A stretch of DNA of 53,039 nt from Nemertoderma westbladi (GCA_032718475.1 JAUCBJ010008301.1:1-53039); one strand, 5' to 3'. Counted from the stretch's first letter, positions 23,967 to 38,132 are shown. The notes: generated by a model not told the origin, from the letters alone. Program-made: numbers and translations.

Positions 23967-26126
23967 GCTTATGTGTACAGTTGAATGTCTACTGCTGTAT
24001 TACAGTCTGAGCAAGTCTAGTAACTCAGTATTAACTGATAGCCTAGTAATTAATTACCGGTACTGCTACTCAGTGTAGCGTGATATATAATATATTAGAA
24101 TACCGGTATGCTTATAGTATATATAACTATTATTACAGACTCGGTTTATCACAGAATACCGGTATAATTTTAGCACAAATATATATAAACATATAATAGG
24201 CCTATCGGGAATACCGGTATACAGCTTACAGTTTGTAGTATATATAATTCTGGACTAAAATTAATTATAAGTACCGGTATAATTTCAGCCTAAATTTATA
24301 GAAATAAAGATAATAGGCCTATCGTAAATACCGGTATATCAATTATTTTAAATAATTGAATTTCTGTATTTTAGGGTTACTTGATTACTTTACTTACTTT
24401 ACTACCGTTATTTGAGCAGTAATCGAACTGATATTGAGACCTAATGGTTGTATGGTAGGCCTACTATTTATAAATCGTTAGATTTGATTTATAATATATA
24501 TATACCCGTTTTAATGGGTTTTGTCAATGTTTGAAATAAATGTTATTATTTCTGGGGAGTAATCACTACACAAAGCGGTGCGCTTTCAATGAAGTGTTAC
24601 TTATAAGACACTAAAACAAATAATTCTAATTTACCTAAGTTACTTAATACTACAAATTACGTACAATTCGGGTGAGATTACAATCTCTAAATAAACACAA
24701 AAATTTACAAAAAACACAAAATACGAATTTTTTAGGGTAATTTTACAAGAAATCTACTAACCAGCCTAACAAAGGGTTAGAAACTGGTTATTACAACGGA
24801 CAGGGTACTACGGTATTTGAAATAATAAGTAGTAGTAAATACACTGCGTTGTCCAGATAGGAAAATACCACCGCCTGACGACCTATAGCCGTATCGCTAT
24901 AGGTTCTACGTTATGTATCACGGATTGTTCCTACCTAGAAGTTAATATAGCTAATCGAATGTGCCTATCAACCACTTTACAACACAAATATAATGTCTAC
25001 ACTAATTACTTCGGAAAGTACTGTACACTAAACCCTAAATTAGGTACGAGTACTTGTACAACAGATAATCAGTAGTTAAATATACTTGAACAGCTAAAAG
25101 AACCACGGCATCTGCTGGAGTGACCGATGCACAAAATCACCAGTCTTTACCTACGCCAAGCAGCCCGTGTAGTACTGAGGTTAATTTAACTATAGCGGTA
25201 TGTATAACAAACACAATTACTGTAGGAACAAACTTGGGGACTTGAATGTTGCGAATAATCGCATAAACTCTGAATAATAAATATTGCGCTACGCGTACAA
25301 ACCACTCAAACAAAATGCAGACCAAATACTGACAGACTACTATCAAGCCTAAATAAATTACAGGACATGTAGACTCCGAAATGATTAGGTAGTATGCGTT
25401 CTAACCCAGTAGTACGACTTATTCTTTAGTTGGGGGTTTACCTTACAGCATTCGCTGCCCCTACTGCCTAACCGTACTTAATCGGACAGATGATCTACAC
25501 ACGCTGCAATCCGTTCAGACCTAATAACAGCCAGACAACTATCCAGCCTACAAATTATCTAAATAAAATTATACGCTACCCGTACAGACTTACACAAACA
25601 AAGTACAGACTAAACGATGGCAGACTACTCTCAAGCCTAAATAAACCGCAGGACATGCAGACTCCGAAATGATTAGGGAGTATGCGTTCTAACCCAGTAG
25701 TACGACTTATTCTTTAATTGGGGGTTTACCTTACAGCATTCGCTGCCCCTACTGCCTAATCGTACTTAATCGGACAGGTGATCTACACACACTGCAATTC
25801 GTTCGGACTTAACAGCAATCAGACAACAGCTCAGCCTACAAATCGTCTGTACAATCTGATCAGGTTTACACGCCTTCTGTTCAATACTAGCCTACAAACA
25901 AATAAAACTGACAGAAATAAGTAAGCTCCAAAAGAAACAAGGGGTGTACAGTCCCTAATCTCTTAAACAGCCTACCGGTATACAACAATCAAATCGAATA
26001 ATACTAATGTACTTATACTGGAAGTACCGGTTAGGACAGTTAGGCCTACGGACCTACAGAAGTACCGGTTAGGTTTACCGGTTGACCGGTACTTTCAACT
26101 TTATTGCTTACTGTAATAAAGAAGCA

Positions 26127-26137
26127 ATATCCGTTAT
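26127..26137 (-). promoter_or_regulatory. PBS position of copy 2, complementary to LTR 26923-26933
   Basis: Minus-strand ATAACGGATAT directly follows the 5' LTR; exact 11-nt inverted match inside the LTR. Confidence 0.6.
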
Positions 26138-27375
26138 TGTTCGCGCTTTCAGACCTTTGGCAGTTTAACCCGCCAAATTAGGATGTCTTCTAGATAATAA
26201 ATCACCTTTAGCCTATGACAAGTATTTAATTCACTACACTAGTCGAAACCAATCTGTGCGCGATCATTCACCCGTTGGATATACCCGGGAGATTGGGTTC
26301 GACGGCTTAATTTTATTGCTATGTAAGCCTAATGTATTATTCGACTGACAGTATTATATAATCTCTGACAATATTATTCACCTTCGGGAAATATTAACAG
26401 TTCCTTTAGGACGTGGCGCTCTATCTATATAAACAGAGTTATGACTTAAACTACTCACAACGATATGGCTTAGTTACAATTCACATATATGGCGCATTCT
26501 TTAGGAAATGCTTCGTTATCAGTCTCACTCATACACAATGCTGCACAATACTGCACACTGATCTGCCGATCTTCACTGATTTTAGTCACATATAAAAGGA
26601 ACACGGACCAAATCATGTAGGGTCTATCAAATAACATTAGATTCACTTCAAACCACTCAACATAGGTCGCAATCATTTATCTGTAACCTTTCTCTCTTAC
26701 CTTCGGTATATCAAGAATATTGGGTTTTCGGGGTTATTTGTCGTTATTCCAAATATAATAATTCATCAACCATATTATGAAGAACTGACAGTAAATAGCA
26801 GTATAACAATATAAAGTATGCACAGTGTTACACAGTATGCAGTGTATGCAGTACTGCAGTATGCAGTATACAGTATGCAGACATCAAACATCAGACATCA
26901 GACATCAGTGTGTAATATGCAGATAACGGATATATGTCCTTATAATTAAGCCTACTAGTGTAGGACTAAAAACTGAAAACACGGAGGTGCCAAAAGCCGG
27001 TTCTTAGGCTCTGGGCAAAACATAACACTGAACTACTGAGTTTCTGTATACACCTCTAACACAGAGACAACAAACGCTCTGATTGGTCAACCTGAACAAC
27101 GAGAGAACAAAGAAACAAAGAAACGTCGACGTGGCAATATCAGCTGCTAGCCGTCGTCATGGTAGCGACACTGTTTTCAAGAGTATCGAGCTTTTACGTC
27201 ACGGAATTACGGATTATGTCCTCTAAAGTACAAATACAGAAGAAATAGCTTTTATGTCCGCTAAAACACCAGTACAGCAAGGACACGGCCTTTTTATGCC
27301 TGGTAAACCAACTACAGAGTATTTTACGGGAAAAATACGGAAAAATAACCGGACAATTCAGCAAAAGCTTTTACA
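26138..27375 (-). repeat. 5' LTR of copy 2
   Basis: 1238 bp; two extra heptamers near 26870-26905 relative to the 3' LTR. Confidence 0.95.
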
Positions 27376-28864
27376 ATATTGTCATATTCACTAATGTTAC
27401 CACACCATTTGTATTGGGTGTAGTTAATTAACAAATACCACTGCCATATATAATTACTGTATATTATGTATTAATTCACAATAATAATTGCTCGAGCCAC
27501 CTACAGTAGTAGCTGAAGTATTTGCAACCTGACAGTGTTGTGTGGGGGGGGGGGGGGGGGGGGGGGGGTGGGGGTGGAGGGTGGGTCAATAAAGGGAAAT
27601 ACTTGTCATTAGTTTTTGTCGCCTTTAACTTAATAACTACTGAGTTTGATTTAAATCTTAAAGTTTGTAATATTTAGACATTAAATACGATCAAAATATG
27701 GGATTTTAGCCACCGCTAGCGGGTGAAATGTCTAAACATTAAACAATCTCGATTCTTACAGTTACAGTATTTGTCAATCGGTTCAAAACCTTGGAATATA
27801 AAAACAATTAACATCATTCGTTTGCAAAAGATTACAAATAATTTTTTAATGTTACTTTCTAAATGTTGCTGATTGGTACAGCAACAGGGTCGTGTGGGCG
27901 CATTGAGGATCCTGGCGCGCATATGGATGTCATGTACAGTAGGAGTAGTAGTGCACTGCAGCACTGGCAACATATCCACTCTACTGTACTTGAAATATAG
28001 CTCTACCAGTATGTTTAAAAAGAGTTAAAAAATTTTCGCTCGCTTCGCTCGCGTTTAAAAGTTTATACTTATACCGGTATTCTACTCATGTCCGTTATTT
28101 TAATATCTATTAGGGTGCTCTATCTGTTTATTTACCTTCATCAGTACATGAGTTGTTTCAAAAGTTTTTCAAATGTTCAAACCATATACAGTAAAACCGC
28201 ATTCTCATGCGCGCTATGCCCTCAATTTAATCTATAATCACATCTGTATTTAGTACGTTGACCTACTCTGACTAATACTGTATTAATGTTAATATTTCTG
28301 TAAAATTTATTTACTCGCTACGCTCGCCTTTTAATGTTAAAATACTGTAGGTCTGCTGCAGTATAAATAAACTGATAAATTATTACAATATAATACAGTA
28401 CCTAATAATTGCAAAATTTCATGGTGAATGGTTGGCGCGCATTGAATGTCATGGCTGGCGCGCTTTTCGTTTTACCAGAACCTGTGTGGCGCGCTGTTTG
28501 TCAATATTCCATATACCTAGGCCGACAGACAGACTGACAGATACCGTCAACCGTATTCAGGTATTGCTGTATTGTCTGTCAGTCCTGCAGTCTGCAGGTC
28601 TGTATTGTTGAAATACTGAAATATAGGCCTGGCTGCCTGGCCTACTGTAACTGCAGAACTGTCAGACTGTAATAGGCCTATCATAATTTCAAATTTCTGA
28701 ATTTAGAAATACGAATAGGCCCTACTTCCCTAAACTTATATATTACCGGCAACCGGTGCCGTATAACAGTATAACAGTACTGCAGTATAAAGTGAGGAAA
28801 TATTATTCAGTTATTACTGTCAGACTGTATTAGAACTACCCTACAGTGTATAAATCCTGAAATC

Positions 28865-29596
28865 ATGGTGAATACTGGCACCAAAAAACGTAAATCAACC
28901 AAGCAAAAAACTCTAAACGGTGGCGGATGTCCGGAAGGAGAAAAAATTAAACGACCGCGGACGAAAGACGTTAGTATCGAAGTTGAAAACGAGTGCGTTG
29001 ATGCTGAAATAGACAATAACGTCGAGGTTTCCAGCGGTTCTGATGATGAAACCCCATTAGTTTCCGACACGCACCCCGCGGAGAGCGACGGAAACAACTT
29101 CCTCCGGTTTATGCAGCGCGAATTCTCCGACGAAGATGCGGCGATTCTATCCGCGCGAAATCATCGGGAACTCGTGAAGACGACGGCGGAATGGCACGGG
29201 TTGGGTCGCTGCATTCACTTCGACCATCCAGACATATCGCGACCCATATCCCCGGACCTAAGCGTCGCAACAGTCGCCGGTGTCTCCATGGTAACACCGC
29301 TAACGAGCACCTGGGCTAAAGTAAACTCAGAGTTTGTTTCCTGCGATTCTGAGTTTTCCGCAACTCAAGGGCAACTCTATAAGTTACTCAACAGCTACAA
29401 AGACGTTCTCTACCCGAACTATACCTACAGACAGCGGAGTGAAGTACTGCCCGTCGTCTGCGCACACGTTGTTAATCACGTGATACGCAGTCGCGCGTTG
29501 GTTAAGGTTCACAATAGGTCCCTGGAAGAGGCAGCCGGTGTCGGTTCTACCGTAGAAACACTAGAGTATCGGGACCAGGGTCTGACCCGACCAAAG
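28865..29596 (+). CDS. UTP25: U3 snoRNA-associated protein 25 / digestive organ expansion factor, coding exon 1
   Basis: YKDVLY, HVVNHV, YRDQGLTRPK motifs; phase-0 donor AAG|GTAAAT. A further upstream exon cannot be excluded. Confidence 0.88.
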
Positions 29597-30215
29597 GTAA
29601 ATAAACACTCAGAAGGGATATAATAGTTAAAAAAATAAACAGCCAAATTGCGAGCCAAAATGAAAATGTCACCTGTCCAATTTCCTCTCGTTTATCCGTT
29701 TATTGCTTTGGTTAGAAAACCATGTTACTTTATTCTGTTACTTCCCGCTAATTTATAATTTAAATAGTTGATGTCTGGATGTTGTTTGCGCCACACCCCC
29801 CCCCCCCCCCATTTTCTTATTGCACAGTGGCAGGTAATTGTTCATATAAATTAGATTAGTATTATTTTTAACTAAAAAAAAATTTAAATGAATATTATTG
29901 TGTTCTTCTTCAACTCAGTTGAAAGTGGGACAAAGGTTTTGTTGATGGACTGCACATTGGCGACTAATTAAATTATTGTTATATTTTATTCTCGATAAAT
30001 CAAATAATGATAACATTTTAATTTTAAAATCTCACGTTGCTTATGCAACGTTTCTCATGACCCAGAATATAGTGTCGTAATTCAGTGACACCCCCCCCCC
30101 CCCAAATGTTTCTATAAATCTTAATGAGATTGCATGAAATTTGAAACAGAGATAGTTTCACTTCCCGACCACTGACTGGGTGAGCCAGAATTTTTTTTTT
30201 TACTTTTAATCTTTA

Positions 30216-30790
30216 GCTACAAGCGTTTAAAAAAAAGTGTCTCCAGCGATATTACACCAGTTACACTCCGGGTGTTCTTCTACCTTAAGCTGTTTGTTTG
30301 TACCAATGGAAAGCTGGTCATTCGAGGATTCCAAATACAGTATATAACTCAATTTGAATTTCGTTGAAAAATAGCTGAGATATGATCGTTCAAATGTTGC
30401 ATTGTTTTGCAACGACGCGAGGTTATTTTAATCTATTAATAAATAAACCATATTCTGGAACATTTTTTATATGTATGAATAGTTACGTAATAGTATGATT
30501 AAAGATGTAGTGCATTGTTGCCCAGCTACGTATTTGGATAAACAAAATATTCCAGAATATGATGCATTTTATTAAATAGAATATAATAGCCTCGCACCGG
30601 TGCATATCCGTGCAACATTTGAATGCCCAATCTCAGCTATTTTTCAACGAAATTCAAATTGTGTTATATATTTGGAATCCTTGCATGACCAGCTTTCCAT
30701 TGGTACCAACTAACAGCTATGAGGTTGAAGTAAAACTGCGGTGTAACTGGTGTAATATCGCTGGAGACACTTTTTTTAAACGCTTGTAGC
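30216..30790. mobile_element. Fold-back MITE in UTP25 intron 1, TA-flanked
   Basis: GCTACAAGCGTTTAAAAAAAAGTGTCTCCAGCGATATTACACCAGTTACAC is matched in reverse at the right end; the imperfect inverted match extends ~270 bp. Confidence 0.88.
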
Positions 30791-30984
30791 TAAATAAATT
30801 GTTATTAAATAGGTTGTAAGGTGTATTGCGATATTTTGCGTTGGTTATTGTTTGTAAATTATAATTTTCTTTAATAGGAAGTTTTCTATTTCAGTTTTAT
30901 TATGATCGAAAATTGTAGTAAATTCTACTGAGTTTGCATTATTTCTCTCAACTCTAATAATATGCTATCGATCCATTTATTTAG

Positions 30985-31563
30985 GTGCTGATCCTGTCTC
31001 CCCTTAGAGGCACAGCCCTGCGGATCGTTAACACGTTGACGTCATTACTGGAGACGTCGAGTAAAACCGACATCGGCAACAAACACCGGTTCCTCTCGGA
31101 GTTCGGCAGCGAACCGGCCAACTCCTCGAATAAACCCGAGGACTACCAGGACCTCTTCGCTTCCAACTCAGACGACGACTTCCGACTCGGGCTGGTTCTC
31201 TCCTCCCGCTCGTTGCGACTCTACTCCCAGTTCTACGATTCCGACGTTATCATCGCCTCTCCTCTAGGACTCCGTCGTAACATCGAGAAGTCCCTCGAAC
31301 AGGACTTCCTCAGCTCCATCGAGGTCCTCCTTCTCGATCACGCCGACGTCTTCCTCATGCAGAATTGGGACCATCTCCTGTTTGTACTCCGGTGTCTCAA
31401 CGAGCAGCCCAGAGAGCCGCACGGGGTCGACTTCAGCCGGGTCTGGTCTCACTGCGTCGCCGGTTGGAGCCGGCTGTTCAGACAGACAGTGGTTCTATCC
31501 AGTGTTATAACCCCCGAACTAAATAACATCGTCAGTAAACATTCAACAAGTTATAATGGAAAG
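30985..31563 (+). CDS. UTP25: UTP25 coding exon 2
   Basis: TTTAG| acceptor gives RPK-VLILSPLR; LYSQFYDSDVIIASPLGLR and DFLSSIEVL...MQNWDH motifs; donor AAG|GTAATT. Confidence 0.92.
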
Positions 31564-31749
31564 GTAATTCTTTGTACTAAAAGTAGATTAAAAATTATTA
31601 ACAACTCGTTTTTTAAATGGCTTTTGTTCATCCTTTTATTGATTAGTTATAAATCCACATCTAACTGTATTTCATGGTTTTTCTATCACCTTTTGGTCAA
31701 TTTCCTCTTACATTTAATGTAAATTAACATCACGCACAGCTGTCTTGTA

Positions 31750-32080
31750 CAGGGTGAGTTCAAAACAAAGACCCAATTAAGTAACCTGCATGCATAATCC
31801 TTGTAACATGTGTTAACTTTCATTTATTGTTTTGGCTCCCCCAAAACGCCTCTGTAACCTGCTCCTTTACTAACCTGCCCCTTTAAATGGCAATGGGACC
31901 TAACGCGCTTTGTGACCTGTACAAAATAAAGAGCGTTAGGTCCTATTGCCATTTAAAGGAGCAGGTTAGTAAAGGAGCAGGTTACAGAGGCGTGTTGGGG
32001 GAACCAAAACAATAAACGAAAGTTGACACATGTGTATTGTACAGGTCTTTGGGTCTTTGTTTTGTTTTGTACCCGTACTG
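31750..32080. mobile_element. Tc1/mariner-like hairpin MITE in UTP25 intron 2
   Basis: TA|CAG...CTG|TA ends; CAAAACAAAGACCCAA inverted at both ends; long internal palindrome ~31830-32010; related sequence at 53011-53032. Confidence 0.8.
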
Positions 32081-32230
32081 TACATAAATTAACATGAATG
32101 ATAAAAGTAATTCTAAATCTAAAAAAATAACGAATTTCAGTATTGTTAATCTATAAATTGTTTTAATATAATTCAATATAAGATATTGAAGCTTCATTTA
32201 CAATATCATTATATATCTGTTTGTAAACAG

Positions 32231-32836
32231 GTCGTTCTCAACAACCCCGTTGTCACCGGCACCATGCTCCAGGTCCTAGTGAATCTCTCTCACGTCTTCA
32301 ACTACATCGAGTGCGCCGACCACACTGAGCTGCCCGACACGCGTTTCGAGTACTTCACGCAACGCATCCTCCCTCTACTCAAGGACTCCCCGAAGTCCCG
32401 CACGCTCGTCTTCATTCCCTCCACCTTCGATTTCATCCGAGTTCGCAACCACTTCCGACACGAGGAGCTCAGCTTCGCCGTCGTCAACGAGTATTCGGAC
32501 AACAAAGAGATGGTCGAAGGTCGTAAGGATTTCTACAACGAGAGGAAAACCTACCTGCTGTACACCGAACGGTGCCACTTCTTCCGACGCTACCAACTCA
32601 AAGGAGTCCATCACATCATCTTCTACGAACTCCCCATGTACCCGCAGTTCTACGCGGAGCTCTGCAATCTAATTGGCCCTTCGGTCGCGAGGCAACCGCG
32701 TCTCGTCCCCACGGTAACGGTGCTCTACTCCCGGTACGAAGCTCACCGATTGGCTGGCGTCGTCGGCACACAACGAACTACTTTTATGCTCACTAAGGAA
32801 CAGGAAGTCAGTATGTTCGCTACTGGTGAACAGTAA
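32231..32836 (+). CDS. UTP25: UTP25 coding exon 3 (total ~638 aa)
   Basis: CAG| acceptor in phase 0; FIPSTFDFIRVRNHF, LLYTERCHFFRRY, FYELPMYPQFY motifs; TAA stop. Confidence 0.92.
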   Translation, partial: VVLNNPVVTGTMLQVLVNLSHVFNYIECADHTELPDTRFEYFTQRILPLLKDSPKSRTLVFIPSTFDFIRVRNHFRHEELSFAVVNEYSDNKEMVEGRKDFYNERKTYLLYTERCHFFRRYQLKGVHHIIFYELPMYPQFYAELCNLIGPSVARQPRLVPTVTVLYSRYEAHRLAGVVGTQRTTFMLTKEQEVSMFATGEQ

Positions 32837-35800
32837 TTACTTTTTTTTTATTATGTTCGTCCAGTTTAATTGCCTTTACACGTTTTTTTTCCTTAAATGT
32901 TGCCTTTTTTCAAACTTTTATTTTTTCAAGTCATTGTGCCAGCCAGAATGAGTTGTTTTTTTAGCTTGTATACGTCGTGTGGGGCGAGTCAGTGATCTAC
33001 ATGCCCTCCCGGCTTCCTTACCATAAAACTACCGTAATAATATTAATTTAAACAATAACTGTACTGTAAGTAGCTCTAATGCATTGTAATGTGCAAATTA
33101 TTATGTTTTATGATTATGTTCTGGAATATAATAATAGATTGCGGGTGTAGCTTGTGGTTATCATTTAATTGATTGTGTTTCTGGAAACCATTCAACAGGT
33201 TGTTGTTGGTTCGCCGGGGTGCGGAAGAGTGTTAAATAATAAATGGTAAGATCATTGTCTTAACATCTGCAGGAATTTATTGCAAGTAGTAAAGAGCTAT
33301 TAAATCGTTAACTATTTATGTAAATGTTATTTTGTTACTTCCGCATTCTGGTTGTGAAATTCGTCAGTCATTTAATAATATTGCGCTTTTAAATACGCTC
33401 AGCTCAGCATACTCAAAGCGTTTTTATTATTATTTTATTATTATTACCACAGCAAAGCCAGGTTCTCATTATACCCTTTATATTACGGTTAGACACAATG
33501 TCGCACTAAAGTTTAGTATGTTGGTTGTGTTTTCGTAATGTTACTATTTTGGAGTGTAACGAAACGACACGTTCTGCAGAAGTCCTTTACATCGAACCTC
33601 TTATCTTTTTTTTCACTTACTCACTATGTTCGTTCGTATAAGAACAAACCTTTCGGTACAACATACTGGAATGTTAGTTATTAAATGTTACTGAAAGCAA
33701 TTCAAATAAAAAAGCAACAATGGGATGAAGGGGGTTGCAATTTATTATTAAGATTATTTTATCCCCATTATACTTTATACGATACCTAATTCTGATATGT
33801 GTTATTTATCATCTACGATATTTGATTAATTATTAATAACGATAATCATAATAAAGGGCTAATATTAATGTTAATATTAATTATAATTAAAAATAATAAT
33901 TAGTGTAAAAGCTGAAATATTCATAATTGTAATATTTATAATAATAAGCTTGCTGTTTGGATTCTTGCATTTTATATTTTGTCATTACATAAACATTACT
34001 TTGGCATCATCATATAATTAATCACTTTATATAACATAACATCTATACTAGAAACGAACCTGATCCTCAAACCAGTACCGCAGTACCCTGAGTGAGCGAA
34101 AATGGAAACACGAAAATTGCCATCAACTCAACGATAGAAACACCTGCTGCTGGTACTCATGTGGGCCTAGTAAGCTACTGTACTACTATTTATTGAATGG
34201 ATAGCCCAAACTGCAGATAAGTATATTACTTGCCAAATTTATTACTATATCACTCTAACCCAGACAGTAATTAAACATCAACTGTAAGTTTGTATAATGT
34301 ATTACCCCACCAGATGAATAGCTCTTCCCAGTGAATCCTATGACAATAATCTATAAGGTTACTCACTGCACTGCTATGTTAGGTGGGAGGCCAACTGATT
34401 GAATTGTATAAGTACTGGGCTGTTTAAATGGTTTATAGGTTGATGATAATGAATGATGAGGGACCCAACTAACACTACGTTTGTCTATATGGACGGTCTC
34501 CTTATAGCCAGCTGGCTGGCTTTTCTAGTTGAATAATATTATTCTGCAACCAAATAATTTACTCTTTTAGACGAATTTGTGCGTTTTTTTGCCAGACTAA
34601 CTAATTTTGGCGACGTTCTGTGCGAGATTGGCGATATTTGAAAAGATTCTGAGGCTCAAATATGTTTCCCAGATGACTGAATAACTCAAATAAAAAAGTT
34701 GGTGCATATACTCGACGAGTTGAAATCGGTGAAATTCGACTATAAATTTTCAAAACCGCTATTTTTCAGTGACCCCGTGATCGAAACGCCACAAAAAATA
34801 TACAGTCTTGTGCGCAACAAAAATCTATGTAGAGTTTGTTTTTAAAATTTTTGCGTACCTTATTGAGTTTTTGAGATATTGGATGGTTATACATACATAT
34901 ATACACAACCACATCGTGTTTTTGAACAGCTCAACTCTTGACAAGAACTACCCTGGTCTATTAATAGGCAGGATCGTTATTATATTCATTATATTTGAGA
35001 TATAAAATACCTAATATTACAGCTACCGGTAACTAAATATGATTATTAATCATCAAAATATCGTTGATTCCATCCTTGGCGTGCCTTTCTTTCTATTTAA
35101 AGAAATGGTAATTGTGTCAGACAGACTTACGGAAGATCCACGTGGTGACCTATGGTATACACTATAATATAATAATAATATAATATTTATTTGGCGCCTT
35201 TCTGCAATGCATATTAAATGCAATCCAAATTTTAAAAAAGGTCTAGACCAAAAAAATATTATTTCTAGAAAATCAATTTATTAAAACAAAAAGCTGATAT
35301 TCCAGAACATTTTCTATACCAAAATTAAAAAAAAATACTAGTTTTGACCTATTTGCAGCAATTGATAATCTCTAGATAATATCTAAATTTTGCTTCTTGT
35401 ATACCTCCATCTCTCTACGAAATGTCTGGGTGAAAAATCCGAAACAAAAGTCCGGGACGAAATGCCCGGGACTATTATAGTCCGGGACGGAGAGTCCAGG
35501 GACAATATTAATGACGAAAAATCCCTAGACCAAAATGTCCGTATAACAGGCGGTTACTCACCCGTTTTGAGAAAGTTGCAGTCTCAGGGCCTGTATTGTT
35601 TTACACATAATAAAGTTAGTAGGCCTATATTAAAATGACAAACAAGCCAATTAGGGCTATTGTTGACGTTTCAAAACATATATGGCGCACAAATCAATAA
35701 TCAACAACACCGATCGGTAATCACAATATTTTACCATCAACATTAATATTATTATTCTAGTATTTAACACCTTATTTAATATACAGTATCTCAGTTGCTA

Positions 35801-36148
35801 TTGGCTGATTAGAGGAGCGGGAATTTTAATTGGGCTACGTTTTATACTGCTGTTGTACATTACAGTACTTCTGCTTACATCAGGCAGCATCAAACAGGCT
35901 GTGGATGGTGGTCTGCAATTTTGTTTAAACACTTTGATATCTGATTCATCTGTAGATTATACCTTAGTTTAAACAGCAGAGCCAGTCATTTTACCATCAG
36001 ACAGTCAGACACACATAATTAAATACAACATAATGCTTTTGCAGTGATTGTTAGCTGAAAAAATTATTAACTAACATTATTAGGCTACTGCATTAGTCTT
36101 ACCTTGTAAAATTACATAATTAGGTCACATCTTCACTAATCGGTGATT

Positions 36149-36456
36149 ATGAGTTCTGTTCCTACCACTTTTAGTAAGGAAGAAGCTTGCATGCAATTCT
36201 CTTCCATAACAAATTGCGATGTATCAGTTTCTGAGTTCTTCCTCAGCGAAGTGGAATGGAATCTGGAGAGAGCGCTGCAGGTTTACTTCGACCAGCCGAC
36301 TGCCGGAGGTTACCCACAGCAACGCGGATCGGGAACTACCGGGGATAATAAACAGACGTCGTCGGAAGTTGAAATCATCGACCTTGAAACAATCGACTCG
36401 CCGCAAACCAGTTCGACTTGTTTTCTCGGGCCGGACCAAGGAGGTTGCAGGGCAGG
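36149..36456 (+). CDS. TDP2: Tyrosyl-DNA phosphodiesterase 2, exon 1 (UBA-like domain)
   Basis: FSSITNCD...FFL...WNLERALQVYF UBA-like motif; EIIDL SIM-like motif; phase-2 donor GG|GTAGGG. Confidence 0.8.
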
Positions 36457-36708
36457 GTAGGGTGATATTTATCTTTCTTTCGTACATATTTCTTGCTAAT
36501 TGAGTTTAATGGCCTAAAGTAAAGAGTTTGAGTTTATGATGGTTTGATTTTGTGCAAAGGGATTCTTTCTTGTAATTTGAAAGTTTTGTAGCCATTGCAA
36601 AAAAAACCGCCTGGATTATATTATTAATTCCAATAGGGGTTGATAATATATCTCTACTTTTTCTCTCACTCTCCTCTTTTATGCATTGCCTATGAGCTAT
36701 GAACCCAG

Positions 36709-37585
36709 CAACCCTCGAGCTCCGACCCTACAAGACAAACTCGAATTCAATGTGACTGAATCAACGTATCCTAAGGAAACGAAACATCAGACAACAGCAG
36801 ATAAATCGAAATCGTTGAAATTAGTCACGTGGAATTTAGACGGCCTTGACGAGAAAAACTTATATTCCAGAACGACTGTGGCGTGTGACGTCATTCAGTG
36901 TCACGAACCGGATGTTGTGTTCCTGCAAGAAGTCACGCCTTCCACGTGGGAGGTAATCAACCAACGATTCACAAACTACGTGTGTCTCCAAAGCAACGAG
37001 TTGTTGTACTTCAATGCCATGTTACTGAGCAAACGCGCCGTACAGTATAAATCGCATTACGTTGAATCTTTCGAAACATCCCAGATGGGCCGAAATCTAC
37101 TCGTGGCTCATTGCACGGTGAACCAGCTCCCGTTTCAATTTATGACGTCACACTTGGAGAGCATGAAAGAACATCGTGGCGAGCGAGTGGGGCAACTCAT
37201 GAGATGCTTCGACGTGATGAAACAAGCGGATGGAAATCGGGTGGTTATATTCGGGGGCGATTTGAACCTGCGAGATCCCGAGTTGTCTGGGATGGGGGGT
37301 CAGCCTGCTGAGATCGACGATGTTTGGGAATTGTGCGGAAGGCCCATAGACGCAAAGTTCTCTTGGGATCTCGTTAAAAACACCAACTTACAAATGGGCG
37401 GTCCGTTTAAACCGAGGTGTCGATTCGACCGCGTTTACATCAGACAGAGCGGATGGCGGCATACAGTGAAACCGACAGCATTCAAATTTATCGGGACAGA
37501 AAAGTCCACCGCGGCCGATAACAGGTATCCCAGTGACCACTGGGGGATTCTTACGGAATTCCAGTTTAACGCCTCTCTACTTTGA
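36709..37585 (+). CDS. TDP2: TDP2 exon 2 (EEP catalytic domain)
   Basis: TWNLDGLD, FLQEV, MGRNL, TSHLES, GGDLN, RFDR, SDHWG motifs; phase-2 CAG acceptor after a pyrimidine tract (an in-frame alternative AG at 36696). Confidence 0.92.
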
Positions 37586-38132
37586 TTTGGAAATACAATC
37601 AATAGATTAACAATACTGACGTGGTGTCTCCTTAATCAAAGTTTCATACGGTGCGGTATGGTAACATTAGAAGTACTAAGTACATTAGAACAAAAATATT
37701 CTAGAAATGAATTAATAACAGATGTGTTACCGCACTAACCGGGCACGACTACTTGTCAGAAGTAACAATGTACAGTATGTTATAGTGTTTTCCCAAAATT
37801 GTATCATTACGAAGCGACACTTAATGAAAACTTACATGTTAAATTTTGGGTAAAAATTAGTGTAATACAGTAATTACTGTAGTAGTACGCCCTACATATG
37901 GTGGAATTTAACAATTTCATAAAGATTGCATCAGAAATTCAAAACATTAAAGTGGAACAAATTTCAACAAAACCTTAAGTTTAGCCGAAGAGTAACTTAT
38001 ACTTTTCTCTTTGAAAATTTAAACATTCTAGTATCCGTATCGCTACAGTACTCGTACAACGTCGGCTATCAGTTGCTTTTAATTTAATATTTTAATGATT
38101 TATTACAGTACATTTTTGACGATGCACCGTAA

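Larger units (their letters stand above)
15668..27375 (-). mobile_element. BEL/Pao-type LTR retrotransposon, copy 2, non-autonomous
   Basis: LTRs at 15668-16891 and 26138-27375; TSD ATATT at 15663-15667 and 27376-27380; colinear with copy 1 in reverse orientation. Confidence 0.93.

Noticed and set aside
13654-27375. Copy 2 as an inverted segmental duplication or mis-assembly of copy 1
   Set aside because: Different TSDs, different flanks and many internal indels and substitutions indicate separate insertions.
27543-27586. Poly-G tract (possible G-quadruplex); similar C-runs at ~29796, ~30091 and ~39927
   Set aside because: Homopolymer runs, common and error-prone; no evidence of function.
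27885-28497. CGCTCGCTTCGCTCGC and GGCGCGC motifs suggesting a MITE
   Set aside because: No matching termini or TSD found.
35430-35545. Cluster of GTCCGGGAC-like repeats
   Set aside because: Probably a subterminal transposon remnant, but boundaries cannot be supported.
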